Source of the DNA: an uncultured archaeon
GTDB lineage: Archaea > Iainarchaeota > Iainarchaeia > Iainarchaeales > CSSED10-239
NCBI GenBank assembly: GCA_964496765.1
Contig: CAZCAP010000009.1
Span: 2,741 to 30,347 of the forward strand
Direction: 5' to 3'
DNA length: 27,607 nucleotides
A program made the position numbers and the translations under genes. This document shows positions 22,682 to 27,607 of this stretch, in pieces. Each line of letters opens with the position of its first letter. The stretch's first letter is position 1. The notes under the pieces are model-generated. The model made no database searches and was not told the DNA's origin. It saw only the letters and a list, made by a program, of their open reading frames with translations.

Positions 22682-25417
22682 TTATACATCTTGACCAAGA
22701 ACACCATCAATTAATATTGTTCTTTCTTCATGCCCATCCTTACTAACAAGAGTAATATGCCAGATAGGCCAATAAACCTCATCAAGAGAAATAAACTCAA
22801 CCTCTCCAAATAACTTCTTTAGGTTTTCTTCAACTAGCTTTGGAGAATAGGTTATATTCTCAATAAACTCAATCTCTAGCTTTCTTAAAGCTAGATCACT
22901 AACTGATGTCATTAGTTTATGGAAAACATTGAAAGGAACATCAAACTTTGCTGATGTTTTATAAAATTCTTTCTTACTTTTTTCAGAAACTGAAAGAAGA
23001 TTGCTTTTCTTTAATGTTTCTATTCTATTTTTAACTAGAGATAACTCAAGATCTAGTTCTCTTGCAATTGATTCAATTGTTTGGTTTCCCTTTGAAATAA
23101 AAAGAATGTCTAGATCAATCTCATCTAAACCATTAACTAGATTAAATCCTTTTGATTCTCTAAACTTATCTCCTAGGAAATGTAAAAACTCACCAGTTAC
23201 TGAGTCTATGTAGCAGGCTGCTCTTTTGAAATCTCCTTCTGGATTAAAAACATTGAAATTAAATTTATAGATGGTTCTGTATTTTAGAACTATGTTTTTA
23301 ATGTATTCCTTTGGAGAGAAGATAATAAATGATTTCTTTGTTGATGATCTTGCAATTTCTTCAATTCTTTCTCTTTTTATTCTTAGAGGAAAGGTTTGAT
23401 GTACTTTAACTCTTGAAATTAGGTTAGTTTTATCTATTGCTAGATCATTTTCTATTTCCTCAAAGGATTCTTCTTTGTCCTTTGGTTCTAATTGTTTTAA
23501 TGTTTCTTTTAGTTCTTGAACACCAGGTTCAATAAAATCTAAATATAATACTTCTTTTTTAAGTATTACTTTCTTTTCAAATAGTTTTTCTAGAACTTCA
23601 TCAAACTCTATGTTTGATCTGTATTTTATGTTAACTACTTCTAGAATATCCTTAGCAAAAGAAACTCTTAGTTCTTTTGCTTTTTCTAGTTTTTTAAAGA
23701 TCATTGTTGTTGCTATTGTTAGGACTTGAGAGTTGTTTAGTTTTTTTATATCTCTTATTGTTTCTGCATCTCTTCCTTCATGTTGTGATTTTCTTGGAGC
23801 TGCTCTCATAATGAATGCTCTTGATGTTTCCTCTGATCTATCTCCAACTAGAGCTGTTGCAAAAGGTATTGTTTTTATGAAGTTTGGATCTTTGTATTGA
23901 TCAGGTATGATTGCTGGCATTCTTTTTTGAATAGCTGAAATATCATCATTGAAAACTAGTTTGTTTGAAATTAATATGTCTACTTGGGATAATACTTTTG
24001 TGTTAATTGCTGATGGTTGTTGGGTTGCAAAAACAAGTGAACAACCAGGCCTTCTTCCTTGCTTTACGTATTCAATAATACCAGCTGTTGCTGGTGTTAA
24101 TGAGTTTCCTGATGGTATTAGGGTGTGTGCTTCATCTATGTACAACCAGGTAGGAGGAATTTCAGTTTCAAGTAACTCATCTGCTCCTTGGCCTTCTTTG
24201 TTTTCTATTTTCTTGCTTGCACTTTCTCTTGCTGCTATTTTTCTTGCTGATAATAGTCTTCTTGCTAGAATACCAATAACTAGTGCTGTTATGTTTTCAT
24301 CTAGGAAAGATGTATCAAGAACAGTTAACTGGTTTTCCCTTGATAGCTTAGATAGGGTTGTTCCATGATCTGAGAAGATACCCCATGATTTAGCTGCATC
24401 AAATCTAGAAACAAGAGCTCTAATAGTGTCTGGTTTGTATCCTTTCTTTTGAGATACAAACTCTGAATTAGTTGATAAACAATCAATAATGTTATCTAAA
24501 GTGAATTGATTTCCTTTTGGTTTTATTTTTTTGAAATCATCTCCTTCCTTTCCTGTTCCAGCTGTGTATCCTTTTTTAACAAACTCAATTGTTTTTTCAA
24601 GCAATAATCCAGATGGAGAGAATCTTTCAATTCCAAAAGTAATACACCAGTCCTCTGGTGTTAATAAAGATGAATACATTGAGAAAGTATCATCATAGGT
24701 GTCTTTTGATACTTTATCTGCTACTCCTTCAGGAACAAAAACTTTTAGGTTTTTTATTCCTTCTGGTTTTTGGTTCCATTCTTCTAATATTTTAATTTCT
24801 TTTGCTTCTTTGTTTTCATATTTCATTGACCAAAAAACACCAACAGGATCAATAACTATTTGTCCTATGTATGGATTATTTCTAGCTAGTTCTTCAGCAA
24901 TAACTCCAAGTAAATAACTTTTTCCTGTTCCTCTTGCACCATCAAGGAACACAACATGTGGATTAAGCCCATCTAAATATACTTCTTTATCTTTTTCTTG
25001 ATCTTCAGCTACCCTTCCAATAAGAGCAAGCCCTTTATTACCATATTGCTTTTGAACAGACTTCTTTCTTCCTATGTACACTTTGTTTGGGTTTTCAGGA
25101 TCACTAAGGAACTTGAGAAGAGGTTTTATTTCCTTAATAGGTAATGGAGTTGATGCTATTGGTTTAGGTTCAGGTTCAAGCTTAGGTTTAGGTTCTTGCT
25201 TAATCTTTTCATCATTCTCTGCTTTTTCCTTTGGTTCAGGTTTAGGTTTTGGAGTAGGGACATAAGCAGATATTGTAATTGGGGTAGAAGCAGGGATAGA
25301 GGTAGGAACAGGTGCCTGGTCAGACAAATCAGCAGGAATAGGTTTTTCATCCTCTTCCATGATTTTAAAGAAGTCATCCTCCTTCTCTTCATCCTTTTTA
25401 TATTTTTCAACAGACAT
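22682..25417 (-). CDS. HerA/FtsK-superfamily (DUF87-type) ATPase with disordered N-terminus and C-terminal extension containing a winged helix
   Basis: 911 aa. Walker A is VVFLDGARGTGKSYLLG and Walker B is WLYIDEAHTLIP. The DUF87/HerA signature GRRPGCSLVFATQQPSAINTKVLSQVDILISNKLV is present. Residues about 30-95 are Pro/Lys/Glu-rich low complexity. The last ~350 aa include a wHTH-like segment (NQTIESIARELDLELSLVKNRIETLKKSNLLS). Confidence 0.85.
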   Translation of the reverse strand: MSVEKYKKDEEKEDDFFKIMEEDEKPIPADLSDQAPVPTSIPASTPITISAYVPTPKPKPEPKEKAENDEKIKQEPKPKLEPEPKPIASTPLPIKEIKPLLKFLSDPENPNKVYIGRKKSVQKQYGNKGLALIGRVAEDQEKDKEVYLDGLNPHVVFLDGARGTGKSYLLGVIAEELARNNPYIGQIVIDPVGVFWSMKYENKEAKEIKILEEWNQKPEGIKNLKVFVPEGVADKVSKDTYDDTFSMYSSLLTPEDWCITFGIERFSPSGLLLEKTIEFVKKGYTAGTGKEGDDFKKIKPKGNQFTLDNIIDCLSTNSEFVSQKKGYKPDTIRALVSRFDAAKSWGIFSDHGTTLSKLSRENQLTVLDTSFLDENITALVIGILARRLLSARKIAARESASKKIENKEGQGADELLETEIPPTWLYIDEAHTLIPSGNSLTPATAGIIEYVKQGRRPGCSLVFATQQPSAINTKVLSQVDILISNKLVFNDDISAIQKRMPAIIPDQYKDPNFIKTIPFATALVGDRSEETSRAFIMRAAPRKSQHEGRDAETIRDIKKLNNSQVLTIATTMIFKKLEKAKELRVSFAKDILEVVNIKYRSNIEFDEVLEKLFEKKVILKKEVLYLDFIEPGVQELKETLKQLEPKDKEESFEEIENDLAIDKTNLISRVKVHQTFPLRIKRERIEEIARSSTKKSFIIFSPKEYIKNIVLKYRTIYKFNFNVFNPEGDFKRAACYIDSVTGEFLHFLGDKFRESKGFNLVNGLDEIDLDILFISKGNQTIESIARELDLELSLVKNRIETLKKSNLLSVSEKSKKEFYKTSAKFDVPFNVFHKLMTSVSDLALRKLEIEFIENITYSPKLVEENLKKLFGEVEFISLDEVYWPIWHITLVSKDGHEERTILIDGVLGQDV
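25133..25330 (-). repeat. Low-complexity coding repeat (Pro/Lys/Glu-rich) within the HerA-like gene
   Basis: The plus strand shows imperfect GGTTTAGGTTCA-type iterations encoding PKPKPEPKEKAENDEKIKQEPKPKLEPEPKP. This region produces the spurious alternative-frame track ORFs 25074..25265, 25156..25410 and 25196..25450. Confidence 0.7.
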
Positions 25418-25522
25418 AAGTATCAGGTTATATTCATTAATATCTCATAGTATATATAATAAAAAAAGATATATAAAGGTATGGAATTAGAAGAGAAAAA
25501 GTGAAAATTTAAATTTTGAATA

Positions 25523-26584
25523 TTAATTAACATTATCTGAGGCATTTGTTTTTTTACCTAAAAGCACCTTATCCAGTAATCTCTTTGTTAATGGATCATT
25601 AAAAAAATCTTCAAATGTGAAACATTCATAAAAATGCTCAAGCAGTTCTTTGAATCTTTCTATTTCTTTGTTAAGGCCAAATGAAAAATTAAATTGAAGC
25701 TCTTCTAAATTTAAATTGTTTTTAATATAGTATTCCCTTATTGTTGTTTTGTAGTTATTAATCGCCATAATGTCCCAAAAAGTACCAAACAATTCAAAAT
25801 ATATATTTCTTATCTTATAATCTAACTTTGTTTTATCTAATCTTTCAAAATATATTAAAAAATCATGATAATCATCAGTTATTTTACTTAATTCTTTTGA
25901 ATAGGGTTTATATTCAGTAAATTTTTCGAAATTATCAACTAAATACTTTGTATTCCATTTTAGTAGGTTTTCAAGCATCTCATCTTTTAGTCTATAAAGC
26001 TTATTGAAATCAGAATTTCCTGATTCATATTGTTTTTTTCTAATTTGTTTTGATGAAAGAACAACATTCTCATTTATTAAATCATAAATTTGCTTGTCTG
26101 ATAATATAGTTGAAAACTCCGTATTTTTTATTGATAATTCAATATAATTTATACTTGGATCATATGCAACTGGAACAATTTGCCCATACTTATACCACAC
26201 AACTGGTAATCCCAAACTTAATTTATTGTTTATTTCAACAAGTTGCTTTTGCATTTGTGTTTTAGTTGGTTTTCTTCCTGTTGCCTTAAACCAATAATCC
26301 TCTATTTTGGAGAAAAGATAATTTATCATATCTCTATGTTCTTTCTTGATATTTAGATTAAAATAAATATCTGATTTTTTGTTTGTGAAATTACAAAATA
26401 TATCAGATATTGCATATTTATTATCATCCATTGAAAGAATTTTATCTTTTGCTAGACTTAGAACTATTCTTTTAACAGTTTCTTTATGGATACCTGTATC
26501 TTCTGAAATCTTATCAATCGTAGTCCAAGAATTAGTTGTGATATATAATATCACCTTATTTACATTATCTAGTCCCATCTCCAC
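25523..26584 (-). CDS. Winged-helix DNA-binding protein with large uncharacterised helical C-terminal region
   Basis: 353 aa. The track start is GTG, and the ATG at 26578 with GAGGA upstream is more likely. N-terminal wHTH: ILYITTNSWTTIDKISEDTGIHKETVKRIVLSLAKDKILS. The remainder has no recognisable family. Confidence 0.65.
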   Translation of the reverse strand: MEMGLDNVNKVILYITTNSWTTIDKISEDTGIHKETVKRIVLSLAKDKILSMDDNKYAISDIFCNFTNKKSDIYFNLNIKKEHRDMINYLFSKIEDYWFKATGRKPTKTQMQKQLVEINNKLSLGLPVVWYKYGQIVPVAYDPSINYIELSIKNTEFSTILSDKQIYDLINENVVLSSKQIRKKQYESGNSDFNKLYRLKDEMLENLLKWNTKYLVDNFEKFTEYKPYSKELSKITDDYHDFLIYFERLDKTKLDYKIRNIYFELFGTFWDIMAINNYKTTIREYYIKNNLNLEELQFNFSFGLNKEIERFKELLEHFYECFTFEDFFNDPLTKRLLDKVLLGKKTNASDNVN

Positions 26585-26718
26585 ACATCCTCAGACATAA
26601 TATATACACCTACAAGTATATAAATGTATCATTATATAATTACATATAAATATAAAAGTGTGTTAAATAGCCGAAATATTTAAATATAAGGTATGTAGTA
26701 TTATATGTGGTGAACGAT

Positions 26719-27291
26719 ATGTCAGACTCAATAAATATAATCAGAAAAATAATACAAAAGGAAGAAGAAATTGTACTGGACACAAATTTTTACATATTTA
26801 ACTATGAGTATCAGATGAATCTATACAATGCATTTGATCTTAAGGCAACAAACAAACTAAAACTCGTTACCAAGGTATTTATGTACCTTGAGGAAAAAGA
26901 GATAAAGGTAAGATTACCAAAAATAATAGCAGATGAAATAAAGAAGGTATTCTCAGATAATAAATACCAATATTCTGAAGAAATTATTTTTGGAAGGTTA
27001 AATATAATAAGAGACAAAAAAGAGATTGATTTGGAAGATAATAAAATAGTGAACAAGTTATTCAACGAAAACAAACTAGCTTATGAAGATACAAACGATT
27101 TTAGGATTTACTTGTATTGCTTAAGAGAGCAATTAAAATTAATAGTAACAGATGATTGGGATGATTTTAAGAATTGCCAGAAGATATACAGAAAAGAAGT
27201 AAAAACAGATACAACTAAACAACAAGAGATTAGTATATTAAGCCAAACTGAATTCAATGAATATATAGAAAAGATTGAAGAAAAGAAATAA
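26719..27291 (+). CDS. PIN-like domain protein (putative nuclease)
   Basis: The track start 26707 is GTG. The ATG at 26719 has GGTGA 5 nt upstream. The acidic residue series EIVLDTNFYIF ... IADEIKK ... TNDFRIYLY ... LIVTDDWDDF fits the PIN D-E-D-D layout. Pattern-level call. Confidence 0.45.
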   Translation: MSDSINIIRKIIQKEEEIVLDTNFYIFNYEYQMNLYNAFDLKATNKLKLVTKVFMYLEEKEIKVRLPKIIADEIKKVFSDNKYQYSEEIIFGRLNIIRDKKEIDLEDNKIVNKLFNENKLAYEDTNDFRIYLYCLREQLKLIVTDDWDDFKNCQKIYRKEVKTDTTKQQEISILSQTEFNEYIEKIEEKK

Positions 27292-27326
27292 AATTAAGAA
27301 GCATAACAAACAAGAGGGGGATATAT

Positions 27327-27530
27327 ATGGGATTAATAGATAATGAAAATAAAGTTGGTATCACTGTACTTGGAATAATTTATCTGGCTGCATTAGGTAT
27401 AGTACTTACTGATCAATTTACAACAATTAAATTTGGAACTATAGGAATAATATCATGGATAGTTTTTATTCTAGGGACACTAGCATTTATTGTATGGGCA
27501 ATAATGACAATTATTTCATATATAAGATAA
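27327..27530 (+). CDS. Small membrane protein (67 aa, two TM segments)
   Basis: MGLIDNENKVGITVLGIIYLAALGIVLTDQF...IGIISWIVFILGTLAFIVWAIMTIISYIR. GAGGGGG lies upstream of the ATG, and the gene is 35 nt downstream of the PIN-like gene. Confidence 0.5.
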   Translation: MGLIDNENKVGITVLGIIYLAALGIVLTDQFTTIKFGTIGIISWIVFILGTLAFIVWAIMTIISYIR

Positions 27531-27607
27531 CTTCTTTGACTCGTTATTCTCCTATCAGTATCCTTATCCCCTCCATCTCTTTAAACTTACTTTTCACAAG
27601 CCATACA

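Noticed and set aside
1215-27074. Antisense or alternative-frame 'shadow' ORFs inside or overlapping longer genes (1215..1439, 2578..2766, 4524..4709, 5646..5843, 6071..6280, 11630..11833, 13083..13316, 13460..13735, 14903..15139, 18882..19076, 21031..21249, 23001..23213, 23949..24368, 24699..24917, 25074..25265, 25156..25410, 25196..25450, 26379..26600, 26811..27074)
   Set aside because: Each is nested in or overlaps a longer ORF with clear family motifs or better context. Their translations are low-complexity or Ser/Leu/Phe-rich, as expected for antisense reading of AT-rich genes.
27544-27607. Possible 3' end of a minus-strand gene at the window edge (..VWLVKSKFKEMEGIRILIGE*)
   Set aside because: Only 21 codons are visible, which is too short to distinguish from chance. 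Not reported as a feature.

Overview
This is a strongly AT-rich, tightly packed archaeal segment. TBP, L21e, RpoF/Rpo4, an Sm protein, AglB/STT3 and archaeal-type AMP phosphorylase place it in Archaea. The small genes and 3-20 nt intergenic gaps suggest a reduced, DPANN-like genome, but that is inference only. The housekeeping part holds a PATAN-like/Roadblock-like/MinD/Sm gene string and an NYN protein. It also holds an Nre-like protein, a GT4 phosphotransferase with AglB, the conserved L21e-RpoF-DUF655-KsgA block, AMP phosphorylase, thioredoxin, UppP and a stand-alone 5S rRNA directly downstream of tbp. The 5S rRNA and a tRNA-Ser(CGA) are absent from the ORF track, and three track ORFs overlapping these two RNA genes are spurious. 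Three regions deserve a second look. (1) 9.6-11.0 kb: an untracked 41-aa ORF with its own GGTGA ribosome-binding site sits 14 nt upstream of a radical SAM/SPASM enzyme and a tightly coupled 77-aa protein, which is a RiPP-like layout. (2) 19.7-22.2 kb: an accessory cassette region lies between a HAD gene and tRNA-Ser. It is structured by a perfect 39-bp duplication of the HAD 3' end and by a 42-bp repeat (40/42 identical, plus a degenerate third copy) upstream of each successive gene. Cargo is a ParE/RelE-like pair, a HAD-like protein lacking the nucleophile motif, and an ORF6N protein with an HKD-like motif. (3) 22.4-27.5 kb: a 911-aa HerA/FtsK-superfamily ATPase has a Pro/Lys/Glu-rich N-terminus and a C-terminal winged helix. 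It is translationally close-coupled to a 98-aa protein that resembles a single TBP repeat, and it is flanked by a wHTH protein and a divergent PIN-like gene. No CRISPR array, integrase or transposase was seen.
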